A stretch of 64,000 nt of DNA from an uncultured Acidobacteriota bacterium (GTDB taxonomy: Bacteria; Acidobacteriota; Thermoanaerobaculia; UBA5066; Gp7-AA6). A program made the translations under genes and the position numbers. The stretch is taken from positions 175,442 to 239,441 of the forward strand of contig CAVXRK010000009.1 of the NCBI GenBank assembly GCA_963764025.1, given 5' to 3'. Below the pieces are notes generated by a model that did no database searches, was not told the origin of the DNA, and saw only the letters and a program-made list of their open reading frames with translations. Positions 47,776 through 57,813 of this stretch are shown piece after piece (positions within the stretch are counted from its first letter, which is position 1; every line of letters starts with the position of its first letter).

Positions 47776-49140
47776 TCATGTTGCGAGGCGTCCCGCCAGT
47801 GAATTGGGCAATCCCCGCGTGATCCGGACCCTGGCGTAGCGGCCCGGTGCGAGGGTGTCGGCCTCGGGACCCGGCTCGAGGTGGACGATGCGGTTGCAGG
47901 GTGTGCGCCCGGTCGTCTGGCCGTGGCGGTTCTTGCCCTCGACCAGGATCTCGAGCTCCCGGCCGACGAGCCGGCCGTTCTCCTCGCGCTGGATCCCGGC
48001 CTGGAGGTCGAGGAGAACCTGGAGGCGGCGGACCGCGGTCTCCTCCGCGACCTCGATCTCGCTCCCCCACCGCGCGGACGCCGTCCCGGGCCGGGGCGAG
48101 TAGCGGAACCCGTAGAGGTTCGAGAAGCGCAGGTCGCGCACGAGGGCGAGCGTGTCCTCGAAGTCGGCGTCCGTCTCGCCCGGAAACCCGACGATGAAGT
48201 CGGAGGAGACGGCGATGCCGGGCACCCGGTCCCGGATGCGCCCGACGAGCGCGCGGTACTCGGAGGAGGTGTACCGGCGCTTCATGCGCGAGAGCACGCG
48301 GTCCGATCCGGACTGGGCCGGCAGGTGGAGGTAGGGGGCGAGGGTCTCGACCTCGGCGAGGGCCGCGAGAAGGTCTGCGTCGACGAGCCGGGGGTGCGAC
48401 GTGATGAAGCGCAGGCGCCGCAGGCCCTCGACTCTCCCGGCCCGCCGCAGGAGCTCGCCCAGGCCGAAGCCTTCCTTCGGCTCGCGATAGGCGTTGACGG
48501 TCTGGCCGAGCAGCGTGACCTCGGTGTAACCCCGGGCCGCGAGGTGCTTCACCTCGTCGACGATCTCGGCGGAGGATCGGCTGCGCTCCCGGCCCCGCGT
48601 GAACGGGACGATGCAGAACGTGCAGTACTGGTCGCAGCCCTCGATGACCGTGACGTAGGCCTGAAAGGCCGAACCGCGGCTGATCTGGCGGAACTGGTAG
48701 ACGGGGTCCTCGTCCGGTAGCTCGAGGAGCATCGCCTGGCGGCGGTCGGCCCGCGCGGCCGCGACGAGCTCGCCGAGCTTCTCGACCTGACCCGTGCCCG
48801 CCACGAAGTCGACCCAGGGGGCGCGCTCCAGGATCTCGGGACCCGAGACCTGCGCGACGCATCCGGTCACGCCGACGACGAGGTCCGGTTCCTCTTGCCT
48901 GCGGCGCGCCAGCACGCCGAGGGCGCTGAAGACCTTGTCCTGGGCCTTCTCGCGCACCGCGCAGGTATTCAGGATCACGACCTTCGCTTCGGCCTCGGCC
49001 CCGGGGCCCGCGGCGCGCGCCAACCCGAGCGCCTCGAGCTGACCGCCCATGCGCTCGCCATCGAGCACGTTCATCTGGCAGCCCCAGGTTTCGACCCGGT
49101 AGGTTTCGCGCGCCGGGAGCACGGGCAGCGTTTCCGTCAT
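47776..49140 (-). CDS. miaB: tRNA-i6A37 methylthiotransferase
   Basis: Last 454 aa of ORF 47776..50760 from ATG at 49140. TWGCQMN, NTCAVRE, radical-SAM CDQYCTFC, TRAM tail. Confidence 0.93.
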   Translation of the reverse strand: MTETLPVLPARETYRVETWGCQMNVLDGERMGGQLEALGLARAAGPGAEAEAKVVILNTCAVREKAQDKVFSALGVLARRRQEEPDLVVGVTGCVAQVSGPEILERAPWVDFVAGTGQVEKLGELVAAARADRRQAMLLELPDEDPVYQFRQISRGSAFQAYVTVIEGCDQYCTFCIVPFTRGRERSRSSAEIVDEVKHLAARGYTEVTLLGQTVNAYREPKEGFGLGELLRRAGRVEGLRRLRFITSHPRLVDADLLAALAEVETLAPYLHLPAQSGSDRVLSRMKRRYTSSEYRALVGRIRDRVPGIAVSSDFIVGFPGETDADFEDTLALVRDLRFSNLYGFRYSPRPGTASARWGSEIEVAEETAVRRLQVLLDLQAGIQREENGRLVGRELEILVEGKNRHGQTTGRTPCNRIVHLEPGPEADTLAPGRYARVRITRGLPNSLAGRLAT

Positions 49141-49844
49141 TCGCGGATCCATCCCGGAAGAGCTCCGGCCTTGCGCGCCCGCTCGGGCAGGTCGGCGAGA
49201 GTCTTTTCCGCCTCGGCGAGCTGCCGCTTGGCGTCCTCGAGGTCGGAGAGCGTGCGGTCCCAGGACGGCTTGATCACGCGGTCGCGGTACTGCCCGTCGT
49301 CCCAGGCATAGAAGTCGTTCTCGAGCTTTTTCGCGGTCGCCGAAAGCTCGGCGACGCGGGCCCTGGCGTCCGCCACGGCCTTGCGGTCCCGGCGCGCGAT
49401 CTCCTGCCATTCGGATTCGCCGCCGGCGGGAGGCGTCGGGACGGCGGCCGCCGCCGCGGGAGCGCTCTCGGGCACCTTGCCTGACCCTGGCGCGGTCGCG
49501 ACCGGGGTTCGCGTCGCAACGGCGGCCGACGTCGAGAGCCGTCCCTTGTCCGGATTCTTGACGAGCGAACGGTTGTCGATCGTCACGGCGCCTTTTTCCG
49601 CCGGAGCGCCGGCCGCGTCCCGGGTCTCCTGGGCGGCGCGGACGACGTCGGCCATGCTCTGGCCGCCGTCCGTCACGGTAGCCGCGACCGGGGTCGCACG
49701 GGGGCGGCCGAATCCCCCCGAGAGCCGGGGGCGGGGCGTGGGCGTCGGAGTCGTCGCGGCGAGGGCGACCGACGCGGCCGCGAAGAGCCAGAACGCGCTG
49801 CCCGCCCTTCGCGCCGCCCGCGGCGCGCGGAAGGGCCTGTTCAC
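49137..49844 (-). CDS. Secreted hypothetical protein with C-terminal coiled coil
   Basis: ORF 49137..49931 trimmed to GTG at 49844 (GTGA overlap with the cupin stop). Signal peptide AGSAFWLFAAASVALAA. ATGA overlap with miaB. Confidence 0.5.
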   Translation of the reverse strand: MNRPFRAPRAARRAGSAFWLFAAASVALAATTPTPTPRPRLSGGFGRPRATPVAATVTDGGQSMADVVRAAQETRDAAGAPAEKGAVTIDNRSLVKNPDKGRLSTSAAVATRTPVATAPGSGKVPESAPAAAAAVPTPPAGGESEWQEIARRDRKAVADARARVAELSATAKKLENDFYAWDDGQYRDRVIKPSWDRTLSDLEDAKRQLAEAEKTLADLPERARKAGALPGWIRE

Positions 49845-50199
49845 GGCGCCGTCGTTCCGGCGCGCCCGTAGGCGTCCTCGAGCCGGACCACGTCGTCGAG
49901 CTCGGGCGAGGAGACTTCGACCAGGACGCACGGTTTTTCCGCCCGCATGCGATGCCGCATTCCGGGCGTGATGCGGAAGGATTTTCCCGGGAGAGTTTCA
50001 TTTCCTCGAGCCCCTCGGCTTCGTCGGCGCCCACCAGCAGAACGACCTCCCCTTCCAGAACGTAGATCGTCTCGTCCTTTCTTTCATGGTACTGCAGCGA
50101 AAGGCTCTGGCCGGCGTCGATGTAGAGGAGCTTGCCGGCGTAGCGCTCGTTCTCGGCGAAGATCTCTTCGCGGCCCCAGGGCTTGCGAACGACTCTCAT
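49841..50199 (-). CDS. Cupin-domain protein, -1 frame disruption in a C3/G3 run at 49986-49991
   Basis: MRVVRKPWGREEIFAENERYAGKLLYIDAGQSLSLQYHERKDETIYVLEG..MKLS, then after re-reading one base PGKSFRITPGMRHRMRAEKPCVLVEVSSPELDDVVRLEDAYGR. The span is 359 nt, which is 120 codons minus 1. Confidence 0.7.
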
Positions 50200-51884
50200 G
50201 CGTCTCCTCCGAAGAGCCTCTCGACCTCCGACGCCTCCGACGCGTCGAGGGCCTTCGCGGCGAGGGCCCGCGCCCGCGAGACCTCGATCCCGAGCAGATT
50301 CTCCTTCACGGCGGGAATCGCCACGGGCGTGACCGACAGGTCGGTCACGCCGAGCCCCACGAGCACGGCGGCCCCGATCGGGTCGGCCGCGAGCTCCCCG
50401 CAGACGGCGACGGGTCGGCCACGCTCCCGCCCGGCATCGACGACCATCCGGATCATCTTCAGGATCGCGGGGTGCAGGGGCCGGTAGAGGTCCGAGACGT
50501 CCGGGTTCGCCCGGTCCACCGCCAGGCCGTACTGAGCGAGGTCGTTGGTCCCGATCGAAAAGAAGTCGGCCTCGGACGCCAGCCGGTCGGCCAGAAGCGC
50601 CGCCGACGGCACTTCGATCATCACGCCGAGCTCGGGCAGCCTGGAGAGGCCCGTCCGGGCGGCCGCCTTCTCCAGAGCCCGGCGCGCGGCCTTGAGCTCC
50701 GAGAGCGAGGTCACCATGGGGAGCAGGATGCGAAGCTCCCCTTTCCTGGCGGCCAGGCACAGCGCCGAGAGCTGTTCCGAGAACAGGTCGGGGTGGGCGA
50801 GGCAGTAGCGCAGACCGCGCAGGCCCAGGGCCGGGTTTTCGCCCGGCGCGGGACCGATTCCCTTCTCGCCGCCGAGGTCGTACGTGCGGACCACCACCGG
50901 GTGCGGCGCCGCCGCTTCGAGCAGGGTCTCGTAGGCCGCCCTCTGCTCCTCGATCCCGGGCGAGCGCGGCAGGGCCCGGAGGTACAAGAACTCGGACCGG
51001 AAGAGACCGATGCCCTCGGCCCGGAACCGCTCGAGCGCCGGGATCTCCTCGGGAAGCTCGAGGTTGGCGCGCACGGCGATCCGGACGCCGTCACGCGTGA
51101 CTGCGGCCCGCGCTGCCCGGCCGCGCTGGCGCCGGCTCTTCTCCCGTCCTTCGCGGACCCGCTCGAGGCTCCGGCGGATGATCGCCATGGAAGGGTCGGC
51201 CTCGACCGTGCCGCGGTCGCCGTCGACGACGATGGGACGCTCCGGCGACACGAGCTCGCACAGGTCCCGGATCCCGACGACCGCCGGGAGGCCGAAGGAC
51301 CGGGCGATGATCGAGGCGTGGGACGTGGGTCCGCCGCGCTCGAGTGCGAGCCCCCGGACACGGCGCGGGTCGAGCCGGGCCGCGTCGACCGGCGAGAGCT
51401 CGTCGGCCACGAGGATCGAGCCCCGCGGCAGGTCCGCCGGCACCGGCCGCTCGCCGCCCGACAGGTGCGCGCCGATCTCCCGCGCGACGTCCGCGATGTC
51501 GGCCTCGCGCTCGCGCATCGCCGCCGAATCGGCGGCGGCGAGGCGGCCGCCGAGCTCGCGGGTGACTTCGGCCAGGGCCCACTCCGCGTTGACGCGCTCG
51601 GCCCGGATCCGGGCGGCGATCGCGCCGAGGAACGTCTCGTCCTCGGCGATCAGCCCGTGCGCCTCGAGGATCGCGGCGAGCTCCGTTCCCATGGCGCCCT
51701 TGGACTCGCGGGAGTGGCGGGCGAAGTCCTCGGCCGCCTTCGCGGCCGCGCGGCGCAGCCGCCGCTCCTCCCGGTCGAACTCCTCGGGCGCGACGGCGCG
51801 GCGAAACGCCGGAAGCCCCCCGAAGCGGATGATGACGGCACGGCCCACGGCCACGCCCGGCGAGACGGAGAGACCCTGCAGCAT
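50196..51884 (-). CDS. ptsI: Phosphoenolpyruvate-protein phosphotransferase (PTS enzyme I, no GAF domain)
   Basis: 562 aa. GGPTSHASIIARS (active His), GLFRSEF, IGTNDL. Confidence 0.92.
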   Translation of the reverse strand: MLQGLSVSPGVAVGRAVIIRFGGLPAFRRAVAPEEFDREERRLRRAAAKAAEDFARHSRESKGAMGTELAAILEAHGLIAEDETFLGAIAARIRAERVNAEWALAEVTRELGGRLAAADSAAMREREADIADVAREIGAHLSGGERPVPADLPRGSILVADELSPVDAARLDPRRVRGLALERGGPTSHASIIARSFGLPAVVGIRDLCELVSPERPIVVDGDRGTVEADPSMAIIRRSLERVREGREKSRRQRGRAARAAVTRDGVRIAVRANLELPEEIPALERFRAEGIGLFRSEFLYLRALPRSPGIEEQRAAYETLLEAAAPHPVVVRTYDLGGEKGIGPAPGENPALGLRGLRYCLAHPDLFSEQLSALCLAARKGELRILLPMVTSLSELKAARRALEKAAARTGLSRLPELGVMIEVPSAALLADRLASEADFFSIGTNDLAQYGLAVDRANPDVSDLYRPLHPAILKMIRMVVDAGRERGRPVAVCGELAADPIGAAVLVGLGVTDLSVTPVAIPAVKENLLGIEVSRARALAAKALDASEASEVERLFGGDA

Positions 51885-51902
51885 GGCGGGCGCCCGGCCC
51901 GG

Positions 51903-52172
51903 TTACTCTTCCTCGTCGAAGCTTCGGGCGATGAGGTCCTCGACGGCGGCGAACGCGTCCTTCTCGTCGGCGCCGGTCACGGCGAGGGTGATCCGGGTCC
52001 CCTGCGAGGCCGCGAGCAACAGGATGCCGAGGATGCTCTTGCCGTCGACCTCCTCGCCGTTCTTCCGGATCTTGACCTCCGACTGGAACCGGCTGGCCGT
52101 CTGGACGAACTTGGCGGCCGCGCGGGCGTGAAGGCCGAGGCGGTTGCGGATGGCGAGTTCGCGCTCGATCAC
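51903..52172 (-). CDS. ptsH: Phosphocarrier protein HPr
   Basis: 89 aa from GTG at 52172. GLHARAAAKF (His15) and GKSILGIL (Ser46 region). Confidence 0.9.
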   Translation of the reverse strand: MIERELAIRNRLGLHARAAAKFVQTASRFQSEVKIRKNGEEVDGKSILGILLLAASQGTRITLAVTGADEKDAFAAVEDLIARSFDEEE

Positions 52173-52627
52173 GAATCCTCTTTCTGCGAGACGACGACCG
52201 CGGCCGGGGCGGGCGCGGGCGCCACCTCTTCGGCGAGCAGGTCGGAGGCCACGTAGATCGAGCGCTGGCCTCGGTCTTTGGCGACGTGGGCGACCTCGGT
52301 CACGGGGCGGCCGCTCTTCTGCAGCGAGGCGGCCTTCAGGACCATCGGCAGGTTGACGCCGGTGACGATCTCGACCCGGTCCTTGGCGAGGAACGGCAGC
52401 GTCAGGTTGGTCGGCGTTCCGCCGAACATGTCGGTCAGGATGACCGCCCCGTCCCCCGCGTCGGCCTCGGCGAGCCCCCGGCGGATCTTTTCCCGGGCGT
52501 CCTCGCCCGTCTCGCTCCACTCCAGGGACACGGCCACGATGCGCTCCAGTCCCGGCTGGATCGTGAGCGCGGCGGCGCGAAGCTCCTCCGCGAGCTTGCC
52601 GTGGGTGACGAGCAGGATGCCGATCAT
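52169..52627 (-). CDS. PTS EIIA component, mannose/fructose family
   Basis: 152 aa. MIGILLVTHG (phospho-His), TDMFGGTP. Confidence 0.85.
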   Translation of the reverse strand: MIGILLVTHGKLAEELRAAALTIQPGLERIVAVSLEWSETGEDAREKIRRGLAEADAGDGAVILTDMFGGTPTNLTLPFLAKDRVEIVTGVNLPMVLKAASLQKSGRPVTEVAHVAKDRGQRSIYVASDLLAEEVAPAPAPAAVVVSQKEDS

Positions 52628-52645
52628 GGGGAGCGACGCATTATC

Positions 52646-53533
52646 TCATTCGCGGGTGGCGTCGCGGTGGGAGACCCGGACGGGGTACCCCTTCTCCTGG
52701 AGCCGTCCGGAAAGCTGCTCCGCGATGTAGACGGAGCGATGCTTCCCTCCGGTGCAGCCGATGCCGATCGACAGGTAGCTCTTCCCCTCCTTCTCGAACC
52801 GCGGCACGAGATAGTCGAGGAACCCCACGAGCCGGTCGAGAAACGACCCGGTCTCCGGGTCCTGTTCGATGTACGCCGCGACGGCCGGATCCATCCCCGT
52901 CTTCCCCTTGAGCTCCGGCACGAAGTGCGGGTTGACCAGAAAGCGCACGTCGAAGAGCAGGTCGACGTCGTGGGGCGTCCCGAACTTGTACCCGAACGAA
53001 GTCGCCGAGATGACCATGCCCCGGCTCTCGGGGTCGCCGACGAAGGTCTTCTGCATGAACGAGCGCAGCTCGTGCACCGTCATCACGGAGGTGTCGACGA
53101 CGACGTCGGCCACGGCCCGCACTTCCTTCAGCATCGCGCGCTCGCTGCGGAGCGCCTCGAGAAGGGACTTGCGCCCGGCGAGCGGATGCGGCCGGCGGGT
53201 CTCGGAAAATCGGCGGATGAGCGATTCCTCCGATGCGTCGAGGAACAGCAGCCGCGCGCCCGGAACGCGCCGGCGCAGTCGCGCCAGGATCTCCGGGAAC
53301 CGCGTGGCGAAATCGGGATTGCGCACGTCGAGGATGATCCCGACGCGCTTTTTCCCGGTGACCTGGTCGATGAGCGGCTCGAGGAGCTCCAGCGGCAGGT
53401 TGTCGACGCAGAAGTACCCCATGTCCTCGAGGCACTTGTTGACCCAGCTCTTTCCGGATCCCGAGAGCCCCGTGACGATGACGAGACTCTCGAAGACGCT
53501 CGTGGGAGCGGCTCCGGCCGCGGTGTCGTTCAC
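52646..53533 (-). CDS. rapZ: RNase adapter / nucleotide-binding protein RapZ
   Basis: 295 aa from GTG at 53533 (GTGA overlap with hprK). Walker A GLSGSGKS, C-terminal GCTGGKHRSV. Confidence 0.92.
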   Translation of the reverse strand: MNDTAAGAAPTSVFESLVIVTGLSGSGKSWVNKCLEDMGYFCVDNLPLELLEPLIDQVTGKKRVGIILDVRNPDFATRFPEILARLRRRVPGARLLFLDASEESLIRRFSETRRPHPLAGRKSLLEALRSERAMLKEVRAVADVVVDTSVMTVHELRSFMQKTFVGDPESRGMVISATSFGYKFGTPHDVDLLFDVRFLVNPHFVPELKGKTGMDPAVAAYIEQDPETGSFLDRLVGFLDYLVPRFEKEGKSYLSIGIGCTGGKHRSVYIAEQLSGRLQEKGYPVRVSHRDATRE

Positions 53534-54513
53534 GTCCGCCGACCGCCCTCGACCGTGGCGTTCTTGGCGATCTCCTCGTCGACCCGCCGCGCGAACTCCT
53601 TCGCGGCGTCGTAGCCCTGCGTCTTCAAGAGCTCGTTGCGGGCCGCGATCTCGATCAGGAGCGCCAGGTTGCGGCCCGACGCCACGGGCAGCCGCAGCAG
53701 CGGGAGCTCGCGGTCCAGGATGGTGTAGGTCTCGCCGTCGAGGCCCAGCCGGTCGTACTTCTTGGCCGGGTCCCAGCGCTGGAGCTCGATGACCATCTCG
53801 ATCGACTTCGACCCGCGCACCGCCGAGACGCCGAAGAGGTGCTTGATGTTGATGATGCCGATGCCGCGCAGCTCCATGTGGTACCGGATCATCTCGGCCG
53901 CGCGGCCGACGAGCGCCCCGCTCGGGTAGCGCCGGATCTCGACCGCGTCGTCGGCCACGAGGCGATGGCCGCGGTGGACCAGGTCGAGGGCGCACTCGCT
54001 CTTGCCGATGCCGGACTCGCCGAGCAGGAGGACGCCCATGCCGTACACGTCGACGAGCACGCCGTGCAGCGTGGTCAGCGGGGCGAGGGAATCCTCGAGG
54101 ACGCGGGTGATCGACTGGATGACGACCGAGGTCGTCTTGTCCGAGACGAGCAGCGGGATCTCGCGCAGGCGGCACTCGCGCGCGATGTCGTCCGGGGGGA
54201 GCTGGCCTTTCGTGATCACGAACGCCGCGACGGGAAGCGCGCAAATCGACTGGATCCGCTCGCGCCGCACGGCCGCGGGCATCGTGTCGAGGTAATTGAG
54301 CTCGCTCTCGCCGAGGATCTGGATCCGTCCCGGCTTGATGTACGGAAGAAAGCCCGCGAGGGCGAGGCCGGGGCGCTGGATGCGTCCCCAGTGGATCGGG
54401 CGGTGGAAGCCCGCCTCCCCCGTCACGACGCGCATCTCGAGCTCCTCGAGCTCGCGCGAGCGGAGAATCTCGGCCGTGAGAGACACGGGCTTGCCCGTCG
54501 CGGGGCCGCTCAC
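53530..54513 (-). CDS. hprK: HPr kinase/phosphorylase
   Basis: 327 aa. GESGIGKSE P-loop, LVADD, ELRGIGIINI signature. Confidence 0.93.
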   Translation of the reverse strand: MSGPATGKPVSLTAEILRSRELEELEMRVVTGEAGFHRPIHWGRIQRPGLALAGFLPYIKPGRIQILGESELNYLDTMPAAVRRERIQSICALPVAAFVITKGQLPPDDIARECRLREIPLLVSDKTTSVVIQSITRVLEDSLAPLTTLHGVLVDVYGMGVLLLGESGIGKSECALDLVHRGHRLVADDAVEIRRYPSGALVGRAAEMIRYHMELRGIGIINIKHLFGVSAVRGSKSIEMVIELQRWDPAKKYDRLGLDGETYTILDRELPLLRLPVASGRNLALLIEIAARNELLKTQGYDAAKEFARRVDEEIAKNATVEGGRRT

Positions 54514-55022
54514 GCCGCGCCTCCCGCCGACGCTTCGGCGGCGCGGAGGATCGAGTAGAGGGCGTCGGCGGAGCCCGCGCCCCGCAAGGCCTCGGCGATA
54601 CCCGGCACCCGCAGGAGGCGCGAGACGCGCGCGACCGCCTGGAGATGGGCGGCCGCGGCCTCGGTCGGAGAGACCACCAGGAAGACCAGATCGACCGGGA
54701 CGCCGTCGAGGGCTCCGAAGTCGATCGGCTGAGCGGTCGTCGCGAAGGCCACGACCTCGCCCTCGATCGAGTCGAGGCGGCAGTGAGGAATCGCGATGCC
54801 GCGTCCGACGCCCGTGCAGCCGTCGCGTTCGCGCTTGACGAGCCGCCCGACGAGCTCTCCCCCGTCCCGCACGGCGCCCGCCTCCGCCAGGCGTCGGGCG
54901 AGCTCTTCGAAGATGGCGTCGCGGGTCGTCCCCGGGACTCGGAAGAAGACGAGCTGGGCGTCGACCAGCCCGTCCCGCCGAAACGCGGGGCCCGCGATCC
55001 CGTCGGCCGTCCCGATCAGCAT
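54510..55022 (-). CDS. ptsN: PTS EIIA-Ntr
   Basis: 170 aa from ATG at 55022. GIAIPHCR (active His). 4-nt overlap with hprK. Confidence 0.85.
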   Translation of the reverse strand: MLIGTADGIAGPAFRRDGLVDAQLVFFRVPGTTRDAIFEELARRLAEAGAVRDGGELVGRLVKRERDGCTGVGRGIAIPHCRLDSIEGEVVAFATTAQPIDFGALDGVPVDLVFLVVSPTEAAAAHLQAVARVSRLLRVPGIAEALRGAGSADALYSILRAAEASAGGAA

Positions 55023-55579
55023 TCGGGCACGATCAATCCGAAGTCGCCGTCGCGCCTCCGATAAATCACGGACACCCGGTTGTTGGAGGGATCCCGGAAC
55101 ACGAGGACGTCCTGACCCGAGGCCTCGAGGGCGAGCGCGGCCTCGTCGACGCCCATCGGCTTGACGGCCGGCGGCCGCATCCGCACCACGCGGCCGCGCG
55201 GGGACTCGGAGGCGTCGGGTTCGGGCGCCGCGGCGAGCGCCAGCGGCTCGTTGCGCCAGCCCTTGGGAAGGAAGCGCTGCCAGGTCCGGTGCTTGCGGTC
55301 GCGCCGCTTCTCGGTGTCGCGCATCGCCTGGGCGTCGATCTTCTCGAAGGCCGCCGCCACCGCCGCCCGCGGGTCCCCGGTCTCCTCCTGCGCCTTCCAG
55401 CGGCGGCGCCGGTGGACGGCGAGGATCTCCGCGCCGAACCGGTGCTTCTCGTGGGAGAGGACGACGCGGACCTCGGCCGGTCCGCCGAGGTGGCGCTCGA
55501 GCCGCTGTGTCCGCTCCTCCGCGAGCTCCTTCAGGGACGGTGTGACTTCGACGTTGCGTCCGGTGCATTCGACGGCCAT
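55016..55579 (-). CDS. hpf: Ribosome hibernation promoting factor (long form)
   Basis: 187 aa. The N-terminal S30AE domain starts at MAVECTGRNVEVTPSLKE. C-terminal dimerisation domain (VVRMR....KPM..DEA........F.VF.....N...V.YRR.DG.FGLI). Confidence 0.9.
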   Translation of the reverse strand: MAVECTGRNVEVTPSLKELAEERTQRLERHLGGPAEVRVVLSHEKHRFGAEILAVHRRRRWKAQEETGDPRAAVAAAFEKIDAQAMRDTEKRRDRKHRTWQRFLPKGWRNEPLALAAAPEPDASESPRGRVVRMRPPAVKPMGVDEAALALEASGQDVLVFRDPSNNRVSVIYRRRDGDFGLIVPEC

Positions 55580-55590
55580 CGGAGGTCCTC

Positions 55591-57045
55591 CTAAAAATTC
55601 TGTTTGCGTTGGGAGGAGGAAGGGATTCGCAGTTCCTCGCGGTATTTCGCGACGGTGCGCCGTGCGATCTGGATTCCCTCGGCCCGGAGCTTCTGCATGA
55701 TCCGGGCGTCCGAGTGCGGCCGGCGGCCGTCCTCGTCCTGCACGATGCGGGCGATCTTGTTCTTGATCGAGAGCGACGACACGTCGTCGCCGCTCGAGGA
55801 GTCGATGCCGCTGTGGAAAAAGTACTTCATCGGGAAAAGTCCGCGGGGCGTGTGGATGTACTTGTTCGAGACGACGCGGGAGACCGTCGACTCGTGCATC
55901 CCGATGTCGTTGGCCACGTCCCGCAGCACGAGCGGCCGCAGGTGCTCGATGCCGTGGTCGAGGAACGCCCGCTGGTGCCGGACGATCGAGTCCGCGACCT
56001 TGTAGATGGTGCGCTGGCGCTGGTCGAGGCTCTTGATGAGCCAGATCGCCGAGCGCATCTTGTCCTTGAGGTAGGTGGCGGCCTCGGAGCCGATGGCTCC
56101 GTTCCCGCCCTTCAAGAGCTTGCGGTACGCCGCCGAGATGCGCAGCTTCGGGAGTCCGTCCTCGGACAGCTGGATGACGTACTCGTCGCTGATCTTGCGC
56201 ACGAAGACGTCGGGCTCGACGTAGATCGTGCGCTCGCTCGAATACTTGCGGCCGGGCTTGGGCTCGAGGTTCTTGATGATCTCGAAGGCCGCCTGGATCT
56301 CCGACATCCCGACGCCGAGCGTCCGGGCGAGCGGGGCGAACTGCCGATTGAGGAACGCCGGCCAGTGCTCCCGGATGATCGTCTCGATCAGCGGATTCTC
56401 GATGCCGAGGGCCTTCAGCTGCAGCAGCAGGCAGTCCGGCAGATCGAAGGCCCCGACGCCCGACGGGTCGAGCGACCGGACGAGGGCGATCGCCGCTTCG
56501 ACGTTGGCCTCGTCGTCGAAGTCCGCCTCCCGGATCTCCTCGCGCGTGACCTGGAGATAGCCGTCCTCGTCGATGTTGCCGACGAGGTAGGTCGCGATCT
56601 CGCGCACCTCGGGACTGGCCTCCGACATCGAGAGCTGCCAGGCGAGGTGCTCCGGCAGCCCCTCGGGCCGGGTCAGCACGTTATCGAGCGAGAACTCCTC
56701 GGGCTGTTCCTGGTACTGGCGCGGGTTGTAGGCGGAATCGAGGTAGTCCTCGAAATACGAGTTGAAATCGATCTCTTCGAACGAATCGCGCTCCTTTTCC
56801 TCGGGCGCGGCTGCGTCCCGGGGCGGGGCGTCCTCGGTCTGGCGGGCCGACTCGGCGGCGGTCTCGGTTTCGGTCTCGACCACCTCGTCCTGTTCCTCGA
56901 GGACCGGGTTTTCGACGACCTCCTGGGTGAGGACTTCCTGGAGCTCGAGCCGGGACATCTGCAGGAGCTTGATGGCCTGCTGCAGCGACGGCGTCATCAC
57001 CAGTCGCTGCGACAGCCTCAGGTTGAGCTTCTGTTCCAGGGCCAT
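55591..57045 (-). CDS. rpoN: RNA polymerase sigma-54 factor
   Basis: 484 aa. N-terminal LSQRLVMTPSLQQAIKLLQMS, HTH, RpoN box ARRTVAKYRE. Confidence 0.95.
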   Translation of the reverse strand: MALEQKLNLRLSQRLVMTPSLQQAIKLLQMSRLELQEVLTQEVVENPVLEEQDEVVETETETAAESARQTEDAPPRDAAAPEEKERDSFEEIDFNSYFEDYLDSAYNPRQYQEQPEEFSLDNVLTRPEGLPEHLAWQLSMSEASPEVREIATYLVGNIDEDGYLQVTREEIREADFDDEANVEAAIALVRSLDPSGVGAFDLPDCLLLQLKALGIENPLIETIIREHWPAFLNRQFAPLARTLGVGMSEIQAAFEIIKNLEPKPGRKYSSERTIYVEPDVFVRKISDEYVIQLSEDGLPKLRISAAYRKLLKGGNGAIGSEAATYLKDKMRSAIWLIKSLDQRQRTIYKVADSIVRHQRAFLDHGIEHLRPLVLRDVANDIGMHESTVSRVVSNKYIHTPRGLFPMKYFFHSGIDSSSGDDVSSLSIKNKIARIVQDEDGRRPHSDARIMQKLRAEGIQIARRTVAKYREELRIPSSSQRKQNF

Positions 57046-57057
57046 AAAGACACCGGC

Positions 57058-57813
57058 TCAGTGAAGCCGGAAACTCTCTCCGAGATAGATCTTTCGAACG
57101 GCGGCATCGCTCGAGAGGGCAAGAGGCGTGCCCGAGCGAAGGATCTCTCCCCCATGAATTATATAAGCCCGGTCGACGATCGACAAAGTTTCCCGCACGT
57201 TGTGGTCGGTCACGAGGACGCCGATGCCGGAGGAGGCCAGGCGGCGGACGATTTGCTGGATGTCGAGGACGGCGATGGGGTCGATTCCCGCAAAGGGCTC
57301 GTCCAGCAGGAGGAAGTAGGGCGAGAGGACGAGGCTGCGGGCGATCTCGACCCGCCGCCTCTCCCCGCCCGAGAGCGTGAAGGCGCGGTGGCGGCGGAGC
57401 TTCTCGAGGCCGAACTCCGCCAGAAGGGCGTCGCAGCGCTCGGCGCGCTCCGGCGGCGAGAGCTCGAGCGTCTCGAGGATCGCGAGGAGGTTCTCCTCGA
57501 CGGTCATCTTTCGGAAGACCGAGGGCTCCTGCGGCAGATAGGAGATGCCGGCGCGCGCGCGACGGTACATCGGAAGGTCCGTCAGGTCGCGGTCTCCCAG
57601 GCGCACGACACCCTCGTCGGGCGCGACGAGGCCCACGACGATCGAAAAAGTCGTCGTCTTCCCGGCGCCGTTGGGCCCGAGCAGCCCGACGATCTCGCCC
57701 GAGCCGACCTCGAGCGACACGCCGCGCACGACCGTCCGTCCGCCGTACGCCTTGGCGAGGCCTTCGGCGGAGAGAACCGGCCGCTCTCCGGATCTCGGAA
57801 CGCTGTGGCTCAA
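57058..57813 (-). CDS. lptB: LPS export ABC transporter ATP-binding protein
   Basis: 251 aa. [31 protein letters not shown]. The only available start is TTG at 57813 (TTGA overlap with the upstream stop). Confidence 0.93.
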   Translation of the reverse strand: MSHSVPRSGERPVLSAEGLAKAYGGRTVVRGVSLEVGSGEIVGLLGPNGAGKTTTFSIVVGLVAPDEGVVRLGDRDLTDLPMYRRARAGISYLPQEPSVFRKMTVEENLLAILETLELSPPERAERCDALLAEFGLEKLRRHRAFTLSGGERRRVEIARSLVLSPYFLLLDEPFAGIDPIAVLDIQQIVRRLASSGIGVLVTDHNVRETLSIVDRAYIIHGGEILRSGTPLALSSDAAVRKIYLGESFRLH

